Shown piece by piece: positions 25,258 through 33,093 of a DNA stretch of 37,693 nt (its first letter is position 1; each line of letters starts with the position of its first letter). Source of the stretch: a virus (Duplodnaviria > Caudoviricetes); IMG/VR virus record IMGVR_UViG_3300014208_000083, positions 1 to 37,693 of that record; one strand, 5' to 3'. A model generated the notes under the pieces. It saw only the letters and a list, made by a program, of their open reading frames with translations, was not told the DNA's origin and did no database searches. Both the position numbers and the translations under genes were made by a program.

Positions 25258-25419
25258 ATGAAGGAAGCAAAAGCAAAGGAAAAGAAAGTTTTGATACTTC
25301 TGCCCGTTGACCAGATAAAGGAAATCAAAAGGGAAAAGCCGAGATCGATTTACCTGTCCGAATGGTGGAGGATAATTGTTTCAGCCGGACTGAACGCTAT
25401 AAGGAAGGGATCGAAGTAA
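25258..25419 (+). CDS. Small protein, possibly a ribbon-helix-helix regulator (53 aa)
   Basis: Manual translation MKEAKAKEKKVLILLPVDQIKEIKREKPRSIYLSEWWRIIVSAGLNAIRKGSK; GAGGAG RBS. Confidence 0.6.
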   Translation: MKEAKAKEKKVLILLPVDQIKEIKREKPRSIYLSEWWRIIVSAGLNAIRKGSK

Positions 25420-25455
25420 CAACAACAAATTCAAGAACCAAAAGGAGAACGGGAA

Positions 25456-25596
25456 ATGATCGACAAGAAAGACATTAGAGGACTAAAAAGACTACGGGCG
25501 AACTCACACGACAAAGAACCTAAGTTTTCGTGCGGAAACTGCGGATGTAAAAGATACTCGCCCTGCAACTGCATAAAAGGAAAGGCTAAAAAATGA
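25456..25596 (+). CDS. Small basic Cys-rich protein (46 aa)
   Basis: ...FSCGNCGCKRYSPCNC...; AAGGAG RBS. Confidence 0.6.
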   Translation: MIDKKDIRGLKRLRANSHDKEPKFSCGNCGCKRYSPCNCIKGKAKK

Positions 25597-25721
25597 CCTA
25601 CCTCAAATGGACAATCCTGGTAGTGATCGTGCTCGCGTTCCTGTTTGTGTCCGTGCTTTACGGCACTTCAAAGGACGTTTGGGAGGCCGGAAACAGCGAT
25701 TACATACCGGAGGGCAAATGA
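25593..25721 (+). CDS. Small membrane protein (42 aa)
   Basis: MTYLKWTILVVIVLAFLFVSVLYG...; ATGA overlaps at both ends. Confidence 0.6.
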   Translation: MTYLKWTILVVIVLAFLFVSVLYGTSKDVWEAGNSDYIPEGK

Positions 25722-25927
25722 AGCACAATATCAAGTTGTCATGGTACGGAGGCGACAGCGTAGCCGGTTACATCGTCCAATTCGTGATCGACGGAACACG
25801 CTACGAATACGAAACAGCCGACAGATCCCGCCTTGACGACATATGCCGGATCGCCAGACGTACACCGGGCAAGGCGTTGTCCCTGGCTAAGAATTGCTGC
25901 AAGTATATGGGGAGGATCGGTGCATGA
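25718..25927 (+). CDS. Hypothetical protein
   Basis: Start MKHNIKL with GGAGG RBS. Confidence 0.65.
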   Translation: MKHNIKLSWYGGDSVAGYIVQFVIDGTRYEYETADRSRLDDICRIARRTPGKALSLAKNCCKYMGRIGA

Positions 25928-26100
25928 AATACATCGCTTACCAGAAGGGGGAGAAGATCGCCGAAGCCAATGACGTTATCACGCTCAAAGAACAGATATG
26001 CAAGTATCTCCAGATAATATCCGCTTCGAGAATCTACCTGTCGGATCTCATTGTTGCATACGGGCTGGACGTTCAGACGGAGGACAGCAAGAATGCCTAA
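25924..26100 (+). CDS. Hypothetical protein
   Basis: Start MKYIAYQ; GGAGG RBS; ATGA overlap. Confidence 0.6.
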   Translation: MKYIAYQKGEKIAEANDVITLKEQICKYLQIISASRIYLSDLIVAYGLDVQTEDSKNA

Positions 26101-26326
26101 GCTGTGCCGGATATGCAAGGATCCCGAAGCGGAGTTCTACAAACACCAAAGTATCTGCATAGACTGCATGAGCGCACAGAACGACGTCCGACGGGTCAAG
26201 GAAAAGGAAAAGATTAAACAGGCGAAGTTCACCACGGATAAAGCTTGCCAAAAATGGAATCAGGAACATCCATCGAAGTTTGAAGCACCGATTAAACATA
26301 AAATAGCAACGGAAGAGGGGTTATGA
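26093..26326 (+). CDS. Zinc-finger protein (CRIC...CIDC)
   Basis: MPKLCRICKDPEAEFYKHQSICIDC; GGAGG RBS. Confidence 0.65.
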   Translation: MPKLCRICKDPEAEFYKHQSICIDCMSAQNDVRRVKEKEKIKQAKFTTDKACQKWNQEHPSKFEAPIKHKIATEEGL

Positions 26327-27630
26327 GCAGTATCAAAGTAAGAAGCCTGGAAGTCGAAAACTGTAAGAAAGTTCGTGCCGTGACATTGGTTCCCGGCGAA
26401 AACGGGCTGACGATCATTGGTGGGGACAATATGCAAGGCAAGACGACAGTCCTTGACGCAATTTGTTTTGCCCTGGGCGGCGAGAAGTTCAGGCCGTCCA
26501 ACCTCAAGCGTGAAGGCTCCGTCGCAGATCCGTTCATCAAGCTGGAACTGACCAACGGGCTGATAGTCGAACGGAAGGGCAAGAACTCCGACCTGAAGGT
26601 AACAGACCCGTCCGGCAAGAAGGCCGGACAGTCGCTCCTTGACAGTTTTGTTGAGACGTTTGCCCTTGACCTGCCGAAGTTCCTGAACGCCTCTAATAAG
26701 GAGAAAGGGAACACGCTTCTGAAGATTATCGGAGTAGGCGACAAACTCACCAAACTGGATCAGGAAGAAACGAAGTTTTACAATCTCAGGGAAGCACAGG
26801 GGCGTATTGCCGACCAGAAGGAGAAGTATGCAAAGGAAATGCCGACGTTCGCGGATGTGCCGGACGAACTTGTTACTACTTCCGAACTGATGGAACGCCA
26901 GCAGGCGATCATGAACAAGAACGCCGAGAACGCACAGCTACGGAGTCAGGAAACTCTATTGAAGGAAAGAAACGATACGGCAATGGCGAAAGTTGAACGG
27001 CTGTCAAAGGAACTGGCCCAGGCGAAGACGGACTATGAAAAGCAGAGAAAAGAATACCTTCAAGCCAAGACCGCTGCCGAGAACCTCGTTGACGAACCGA
27101 CCGACCAGCTTGAAGCTGAAATGAAGAAGACCGAGGCGATCAACGACAAGGTACGGGCGAACCTGAACAAGGCGAAGGCCGTGGAGGATGCCGAAGCTCT
27201 CAGGAAGGACTACAACGCGCTTACGGCCAGCATTGAGTCAGTCAGGACACAACGGCTGGAACTCCTGAACGGTGCGAAGATGCCACTCCCTGAAATGTCC
27301 ATCGAGGCCGGAGAATTAACGTACAAGGGGAAGAAATGGGATTGCGTCTCCGAAGCCGAACAGCTCCAGGTCGCCACGGCGATAGTCAGGGAACTCAAGC
27401 CACAGTGCGGGTTCGTGCTGCTTGACGGCCTCGAAGCTATGGATATGAAGACGTTGAAGACGTTCGGCGCATGGCTTGAGAAGCAGGATCTACAGGCGAT
27501 AGCGACGAGGGTTAGTACTGGTTCAGAATGTTCCATCATCATTGAGGATGGACGGGTTCAGGATGCGGAGGAGAAGCCGGAGAAGAAGAAAGAAGAGAAA
27601 AAACCGGCGTTCACGGTAGGCGACTTTTAA
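26323..27630 (+). CDS. SMC/Rad50-like ATPase (AAA_23 type)
   Basis: GDNMQGKT Walker A, long coiled coil, VSEAEQ signature, VLLDGLE Walker B. Confidence 0.85.
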   Translation: MSSIKVRSLEVENCKKVRAVTLVPGENGLTIIGGDNMQGKTTVLDAICFALGGEKFRPSNLKREGSVADPFIKLELTNGLIVERKGKNSDLKVTDPSGKKAGQSLLDSFVETFALDLPKFLNASNKEKGNTLLKIIGVGDKLTKLDQEETKFYNLREAQGRIADQKEKYAKEMPTFADVPDELVTTSELMERQQAIMNKNAENAQLRSQETLLKERNDTAMAKVERLSKELAQAKTDYEKQRKEYLQAKTAAENLVDEPTDQLEAEMKKTEAINDKVRANLNKAKAVEDAEALRKDYNALTASIESVRTQRLELLNGAKMPLPEMSIEAGELTYKGKKWDCVSEAEQLQVATAIVRELKPQCGFVLLDGLEAMDMKTLKTFGAWLEKQDLQAIATRVSTGSECSIIIEDGRVQDAEEKPEKKKEEKKPAFTVGDF

Positions 27631-27662
27631 ACAAACACCCCAAACATAAAGGAATAGACGAA

Positions 27663-28724
27663 ATGGAAATCACGACAGGAAAACAGAAACACCCAGTCAA
27701 GGCCGTACTCTACGGTCCGGAAGGTATCGGCAAGAGTACCGCGGCAAGCCTATGGCCGAAGCCGGTATTCATCGACGTGGAGAAAGGCACCGGCCAGCTT
27801 GAGATCGCAAGAACCCCTGCGCCTACGTCATGGGCTATGCTCCAGCAGATCATTGCGGAACTGCCGAAGCATGACTTCAAGACGCTTGTTCTTGATACTG
27901 CCGACTGGCTGGACAAACTTGCACAGGCTCATATCTGCGCGAAGGCGAACAAGACCGGCATTGAAGACTTCGGGTACGGCAAAGGATACACGTTTCTTGC
28001 GGAAGAATGGAAACGGTTTCTTGACACCCTGAACGACCTTCAAGAGAAGACCGGAATGAACATCCTTTTCCTTGCTCATGCACAGATGCGGAAATTCGAG
28101 CAACCGGACGAGATGGGAGCGTACGACCGCTTTGAACTGAAGATGGAAAAGAAATCTTCCAGCCTCCTGAAGGAATGGGCGGACATGCTCCTGTTCTGCA
28201 ATTACCGCACAATCGTTGTCGAGAACGACGGCAAGAAGAAAGCCCAGGGCGGTGAACGGGTGATCTACACCGTACACCATAACAACTGGGACGCGAAATC
28301 AAGGTTCGATCTGCCGGAGGTAATGCTTATGAAAAAGGAACTGCCCAAGGAGCTTGCCGCAATCCTTAACGAAGCGACGGTCGCTTACACGCCCAAAACT
28401 GTATCACAACCTGTTACACAGAAAGCACCACCGGCACCGAAGAAGGAGGAACCTAAGAAAGAGCCTGTCAAGGAGCCTGAGACTAAGAAGGACGATATCC
28501 CGATGGAGTCAAAGGAGATGGCCCCCCACTTGAAGAAGCTCAAGGATCTCATGGAAGCCGATAAGGTGACGGTCAAGGAGATACAGACAGCAGTATCGAA
28601 ACGCGGAGTCTACACGATAGACACCCCAATATCGGTCTACGATCCGAAGTATGTAGAAGGATGCCTGATAGCCGCGTGGGAGAAAGTCAAAGCAGCCGTG
28701 ATCGCAAACAGGGCGCAAGCCTAA
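27663..28724 (+). CDS. sak4: Sak4-like ssDNA-annealing ATPase (AAA_24)
   Basis: LYGPEGIGKS, TLVLDTADW, IEDFGYGKGY, EWADMLLF, WDAKSRF. Confidence 0.85.
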   Translation: MEITTGKQKHPVKAVLYGPEGIGKSTAASLWPKPVFIDVEKGTGQLEIARTPAPTSWAMLQQIIAELPKHDFKTLVLDTADWLDKLAQAHICAKANKTGIEDFGYGKGYTFLAEEWKRFLDTLNDLQEKTGMNILFLAHAQMRKFEQPDEMGAYDRFELKMEKKSSSLLKEWADMLLFCNYRTIVVENDGKKKAQGGERVIYTVHHNNWDAKSRFDLPEVMLMKKELPKELAAILNEATVAYTPKTVSQPVTQKAPPAPKKEEPKKEPVKEPETKKDDIPMESKEMAPHLKKLKDLMEADKVTVKEIQTAVSKRGVYTIDTPISVYDPKYVEGCLIAAWEKVKAAVIANRAQA

Positions 28725-28749
28725 TAACATAAAATAAGGAATTACTGAA

Positions 28750-29238
28750 ATGGCAGAAAAAGAACTTGGTTGGAACGACACTATTGAGAACGACGGATCA
28801 GACTTCCAGCTTATACCGGCTGGTGAATACGGGTTCAAGGTGACGCAGTTTGAACGGCAGAGGCATAACGGGAGCGCAAAACTTCCAGCCTGTCCGAAGG
28901 CTGTTCTACACCTTGAGATATTCGACGACGACGGACGGACGCTTGCCAGCGACATGACAAGCAACCTGTTTCTGCACACGAAATGCGAAGGATTCCTCAC
29001 GGCGTTTTTCAGGGCTATCGGTGCACGGAAGCACGGCGAGAAGATGACAATGGACTGGACGAAGGTTCCAGGTGCGACCGGCAGATGCAAGATCAAAGAA
29101 AAGGAGTTCGCCTCCAACAAGGAACCCGGCAAGATGTTGAAAGGAAACGAAATCGACAAGTTCCTTGATCCTCCATCACCAAAGACCGACGAGAAGCCAG
29201 CCCAGACAGGAACAGCGTTCAATCCGGGAGACTTCTAA
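28750..29238 (+). CDS. Single-stranded DNA-binding protein (DUF669-like)
   Basis: FQLIPAGEYGFKV...; follows the Sak4-like gene; acidic-aromatic tail ending GDF. Confidence 0.75.
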   Translation: MAEKELGWNDTIENDGSDFQLIPAGEYGFKVTQFERQRHNGSAKLPACPKAVLHLEIFDDDGRTLASDMTSNLFLHTKCEGFLTAFFRAIGARKHGEKMTMDWTKVPGATGRCKIKEKEFASNKEPGKMLKGNEIDKFLDPPSPKTDEKPAQTGTAFNPGDF

Positions 29239-29529
29239 TTGTTCGTTGACCTCTATGAATGGGTACAGGGAGTGACGGTAAAAGATATAGGACCGGCTCC
29301 CTTGGTACTCTCCCGCGCAGTTACAGTCACCGACGTAGCGAAGTGGCTGGAATGCGTCAAAAAAGATGCGCTGGACGGGAACGAATCACCGAGGGCGACA
29401 TGGGGAGCGTTACAGAAAGATTTACGAAAGATCCACCAATTATGCACAGATTCGCACTCAGAAAATATCAACAGGAAGCCAAGACAGCGGTCAAGACGGA
29501 ATGGGCAAGCGGACGCAAGAAAACCTTAG
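29239..29529 (+). CDS. Hypothetical protein
   Basis: TTG start directly after the SSB stop; SPRATWGALQKDL; overlaps the helicase start. Confidence 0.55.
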   Translation: MFVDLYEWVQGVTVKDIGPAPLVLSRAVTVTDVAKWLECVKKDALDGNESPRATWGALQKDLRKIHQLCTDSHSENINRKPRQRSRRNGQADARKP

Positions 29530-31067
29530 TCGTACAATGTACGGGTACCGGCAAGACAATTTTATTCGCCTCAATATCAAGTGATCTCGTCCAGATGGGC
29601 GAACGTGTCCTGATACTTGCACACCGTTCAGAGCTGCTTGACCAGGCAACCGACAAGATTTTAAAGTCAACCGGATTAGTATGCGCGAAGGAGAAAGGTG
29701 AAGACACAGCCGTTGATTCATGGTTCAGGATAACGGTTGGCAGCGTACAGACCCTTATGAGGGACAACCGCAGGGAAGTTTATCCGGCTGATTTCTTCGA
29801 CACGATCATAATAGACGAAGCGCATCATTGCCTATCAGATTCGTACAGGAAGATACTTGCATACTTTAAGGATGCAAAGGTTTTGGGAGTTACTGCAACC
29901 CCTGACCGTGGCGACATGCGGAACCTTGGAGAAATCTTTGAATCGCTGGCGTACGAATACCCCCTGCCCAGGGCAATCAAGGAAGGATACCTATGCAAAT
30001 TGAAGGCGTTGACAATACCACTGTCAATAGACCTGTCTGGCGTAAGCCAGCAGGCCGGAGACTTCAAACTTTCGGAAGTAGACGACGCACTTATGCCGTA
30101 CCTCGAAGCTATTGCCACGGAAATGGAGGCTCATTGCAAGGACCGGAAGACGCTTGTATTCCTTCCTTTAATAGCGACTTCCAAGAAAATGGCTGAAGTT
30201 CTGGCGAAACACGGATTCGACGTAAGAGAAGTGAACTGCGAAAGTGAAGATAGGGAACAGATCCGCCAATGGTTCGTGAATTCCGGCAAAGGGTCCGTAG
30301 TCTGTAATTCTATGCTCTGGACAGAAGGGTTTGACGAACCTTCCATAGACTGCGTAGTAATTCTCAGGCCTACCAAGATTAGAAGTCTTTACGTCCAATG
30401 TGTAGGCCGTGGCACCCGCATCCATCCCGGCAAGGACAACCTCTTGATACTGGATTTTCTATGGATGACCAACAAACACAGCCTTTGCCATCCGGCACAC
30501 CTGATATGCGACAACGCCGAACTTGCCGACAAGGTTACGGAGATACTGGCGAGGGAGGCGAACGCTTCAGGACAGGATCTCGAACTGGCTTGCGAAGCCG
30601 GAAGTGCGGAAGTGATCGAGGAACGTGAACGGACACTTGCGGAAAAACTTGCCGAACAGAAGCACCGGAAACGCGCCCTTGTCGATCCTTTGCAGTTCGA
30701 AATGAGCATTCAGGCCGAAGATCTTGCCGACTACCAGCCAGTGTTCGCACACGAAATGGCTCCGCCTTCAGACAAACAGAAAGCCGTACTTGAGAAGGCG
30801 GGGATATTCCCGGAAGAAATACAGAACGCTGGATTGGCGGGAAAATTAATCGAACGGATACAGAATCGCCGGGACAACGGGTTGACGACACCGAAGCAGA
30901 TCCGGTTCCTGGAACGGGTAGGCTTCAAGCACGTAGGCGGTTGGGAGTTCAGCGAGGCGAAAGGGTTGATCGACCGGATAGCTGCGAACAACTGGAAGGT
31001 TCCGAACGTCATAGATCCGGCGAAGTACGAGCCGATAAAGAGAAAGGTTGCCAATGAATCACCTTGA
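29442..31067 (+). CDS. Superfamily 2 DEAH-box helicase
   Basis: LRKYQ Q-motif, TGTGKT, IIIDEAHH, TATP, TEGFD, QCVGRGTR; probable start 29442. Confidence 0.92.
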   Translation: MHRFALRKYQQEAKTAVKTEWASGRKKTLVVQCTGTGKTILFASISSDLVQMGERVLILAHRSELLDQATDKILKSTGLVCAKEKGEDTAVDSWFRITVGSVQTLMRDNRREVYPADFFDTIIIDEAHHCLSDSYRKILAYFKDAKVLGVTATPDRGDMRNLGEIFESLAYEYPLPRAIKEGYLCKLKALTIPLSIDLSGVSQQAGDFKLSEVDDALMPYLEAIATEMEAHCKDRKTLVFLPLIATSKKMAEVLAKHGFDVREVNCESEDREQIRQWFVNSGKGSVVCNSMLWTEGFDEPSIDCVVILRPTKIRSLYVQCVGRGTRIHPGKDNLLILDFLWMTNKHSLCHPAHLICDNAELADKVTEILAREANASGQDLELACEAGSAEVIEERERTLAEKLAEQKHRKRALVDPLQFEMSIQAEDLADYQPVFAHEMAPPSDKQKAVLEKAGIFPEEIQNAGLAGKLIERIQNRRDNGLTTPKQIRFLERVGFKHVGGWEFSEAKGLIDRIAANNWKVPNVIDPAKYEPIKRKVANESP

Positions 31068-31743
31068 TCTCTTCTCTGGAATCGGCGGTTTTGCTTTGGC
31101 TGCTCGATGGGCGAATGTCAACACCATAGCGTTCTGCGAAATCAATCCGTTCTGTCAGGAAGTTTTAAAAAAGAATTTTGGAAAGGACGCGGTGATTTAT
31201 AGGGATATACGAGAATTAACACTTGACAGTTATGTCAATCTATGCTATAATAAAGAAAATAACATGGAGGATGATATGGCAGCTCATAGAAAGAATTTTG
31301 ACGAAGCGTTGCAACTTTATAACAAGGGATTGTCCATTGAAACGGTTGCAGAATTTTATAATATGTCTAGGCAGTCAATGTGGCAAATTCTCAAAAGGCG
31401 AGGATGTACGTTTAGGGATAATAAAAAGTACGGGAAAGAAAATCATTTTTATCGCGGAACTTCTGCAAGTGATAAATCTCAAAATCTACTTGAAGAGGCC
31501 ATCGAGAAGGAAATAATAATCCGCAAAGTGAAATGCGAAAAATGTGCAGATACTCCTGTTTTTAAAGATGGAAGAACAGGAATACAGGCTCACCATTGCG
31601 ACTACAATAAACCATTGGAGGTAATTTGGCTATGTCAAAAATGTCATCACGAATGGCACAAAAGCAACAAAGCGATTGCACGATTGGAGGTGATGCCAAA
31701 GGAAGTTCCCCAGATCGATATTTTGACGGGGGGCTTCCCATGA
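31054..31743 (+). CDS. C5 cytosine methyltransferase N-terminal part (motifs I-III and GGFP) with in-frame HTH-HNH insertion
   Basis: LDLFSGIGGF, FCEIN, DIREL, then the insert, then IDILTGGFP-stop. Confidence 0.85.
   Translation: MNHLDLFSGIGGFALAARWANVNTIAFCEINPFCQEVLKKNFGKDAVIYRDIRELTLDSYVNLCYNKENNMEDDMAAHRKNFDEALQLYNKGLSIETVAEFYNMSRQSMWQILKRRGCTFRDNKKYGKENHFYRGTSASDKSQNLLEEAIEKEIIIRKVKCEKCADTPVFKDGRTGIQAHHCDYNKPLEVIWLCQKCHHEWHKSNKAIARLEVMPKEVPQIDILTGGFP
31223..31251 (+). promoter_or_regulatory. Perfect sigma70 promoter with palindromic operator, inside a CDS
   Basis: TTGACA-N17-TATAAT with extended -10 TG; TTGACA-GTTA-TGTCAA inverted repeat over the -35. Confidence 0.85.
31223..31700 (+). 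mobile_element. Putative HNH homing-endonuclease cassette inside the methyltransferase gene (boundaries approximate)
   Basis: AT-rich segment with its own promoter, GGAGG RBS and ATG 31276; HTH (LSIETVAEFYNMSRQSMWQILKRRG) and CEKC...AHHCDYNKPLEVIWLCQKCHHEWH. Confidence 0.7.
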
Positions 31744-32591
31744 ATCATGCCAGCCGTTCTCCTGTGCCGGAAAGCGAAGAGGAAAGGACGATGACCGTTT
31801 CCTCTGGCCTGAAATGCTTAGAGTTATATCGGAATTCAAGCCCCGTTGGATCATTGGCGAAAATGTTGGTGGCCTCGTCAATATGGCACAGCCGGACGGT
31901 AAACCTGACTTGGAAAGTGAAACCGATACTGATGCGGAAACAGGTGACGAATTATCAGCAGATGGAATTCTTTTCGGAATCATCGACAGTCTCGAAAACC
32001 TTGGATATTCCGTCCAATCATTTGTTATTCCAGCTTGTGCCGTCGAAGCGCCGCACAGACGGGATAGAATCTGGATTGTTGCGAACTCCGGATGCCAACA
32101 TGGAACGGGGGCCACGGACGGAAGAGAACTTAAAAGACAGATACCTAGTCAGGAAGATGCCGTTATGCCTGAACGATCAGCTTGCAATGATGGACAAGGG
32201 GATGATACCGACACCGAACGCCAGAGATTACAAGTCGGGAAAAAGACACACGAAGCACGACTATCAGGTGTTGAGCGAGTCAATAGCCATGCTTCCGACA
32301 CCATCGGCAAGCCTGCTGACGTTCGAGGACATGGGACAAGCGAAATATTCTGGGAACGGGGGAAAACGCCCCGAATACAAGGACGCAAAGTTAATTCCGA
32401 CCCCGAAAAGCCGGGATTGGAAAGGGGAATCGCAGAGGGGAACGGATGCACCGGGGGATGCGCTCCAGAATACACTTGGGACACGCCCTGGCTTGAAGTT
32501 GCAACCGAACTTTGTCGCGTGGATGATGGGCTACCCGTTGAACTGGGCAAATTTAAACTGTCCAAAAGTAAGCACAGGGAAGAGCAATTGA
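31740..32591 (+). CDS. Alternative-frame methyltransferase partner polypeptide (TRD-like repeats plus motif IX-like segment)
   Basis: ATG overlaps the TGA of the upstream ORF; four TP repeats (RTPDAN, PTPNARDYK, PTPSAS, PTPKSRDWKG) and LQPNFVAWMMGYPLNW. Confidence 0.7.
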   Translation: MNHASRSPVPESEEERTMTVSSGLKCLELYRNSSPVGSLAKMLVASSIWHSRTVNLTWKVKPILMRKQVTNYQQMEFFSESSTVSKTLDIPSNHLLFQLVPSKRRTDGIESGLLRTPDANMERGPRTEENLKDRYLVRKMPLCLNDQLAMMDKGMIPTPNARDYKSGKRHTKHDYQVLSESIAMLPTPSASLLTFEDMGQAKYSGNGGKRPEYKDAKLIPTPKSRDWKGESQRGTDAPGDALQNTLGTRPGLKLQPNFVAWMMGYPLNWANLNCPKVSTGKSN

Positions 32592-32665
32592 AGGGTTATG
32601 GCAACGCCATAGTGCCTATAATCCCATACATCATAATGAAGGCAATACAGGAGATTGAACAATGA
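31748..32665 (+). CDS. C5 cytosine methyltransferase catalytic part (from the catalytic Cys through motif X), with no start codon of its own before the Cys
   Basis: CQPFSCAGKRRGKDDDRFLWPEM, ENV (VI), PHRRDRIWIV (VIII), YGNAIVP (X); first ATG is at 31814, downstream of the Cys. Confidence 0.75.
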   Translation, partial: CQPFSCAGKRRGKDDDRFLWPEMLRVISEFKPRWIIGENVGGLVNMAQPDGKPDLESETDTDAETGDELSADGILFGIIDSLENLGYSVQSFVIPACAVEAPHRRDRIWIVANSGCQHGTGATDGRELKRQIPSQEDAVMPERSACNDGQGDDTDTERQRLQVGKKTHEARLSGVERVNSHASDTIGKPADVRGHGTSEIFWERGKTPRIQGRKVNSDPEKPGLERGIAEGNGCTGGCAPEYTWDTPWLEVATELCRVDDGLPVELGKFKLSKSKHREEQLKGYGNAIVPIIPYIIMKAIQEIEQ

Positions 32666-33093
32666 CCGGCAAATGGAAGACGATGACATCAAGCAAGAGC
32701 GTGGAATGGACTACGCCGAAAGACATATTCACCAAGCTGAACACGGAATTCGGGTTCACCCTTGACCCATGTTGCACCAAGGAATCAGCCTTGTGCCATA
32801 AGTTCTACACCAAGGAGACGGACGGGCTGAAACATACATGGGCGAATGAAAGAGTTTTCATGAACCCTCCATACAGCCGTAAGATTATAGAATGGATTAT
32901 GAAAGCGTATTACGAATCTAAGAAAGGCGCACTTGTCGTATGTCTCATTCCAGCAAGGACGGATACAAGGTACTGGCACGAGTACTGCATGAAAGGTGAA
33001 ATACGCTTTCTTCGTGGCCGGTTGAAGTTCGGTGGATGCAAGAACCCCGCACCGTTCGCAAGCGCGGTAGTAATATTCAGGGGGATCAAATGA
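32662..33093 (+). CDS. Phage DNA N6-adenine methyltransferase (T1/HP1 Dam-like)
   Basis: WTTP, FTLDPC, VFMNPPYS, LIPARTDTRYWH. Confidence 0.9.
   Translation: MTGKWKTMTSSKSVEWTTPKDIFTKLNTEFGFTLDPCCTKESALCHKFYTKETDGLKHTWANERVFMNPPYSRKIIEWIMKAYYESKKGALVVCLIPARTDTRYWHEYCMKGEIRFLRGRLKFGGCKNPAPFASAVVIFRGIK

Noticed and set aside
31223-31700. Intein or group I intron as the explanation for the insert
   Set aside because: No intein terminal residues and no recognisable structured intron core; the segment is fully coding in frame.
31728-31733. Simple frameshift or phase variation at the G6 run restoring the MTase
   Set aside because: A one-base shift joins the frames but gives ASHES-CQ instead of GFP-CQ, which destroys motif IV.
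31741-31743. TGA at the catalytic Cys position read as selenocysteine or stop readthrough
   Set aside because: Readthrough continues in the wrong frame (ATC ATG CCA), and the real TGC codon is present 7 nt later.
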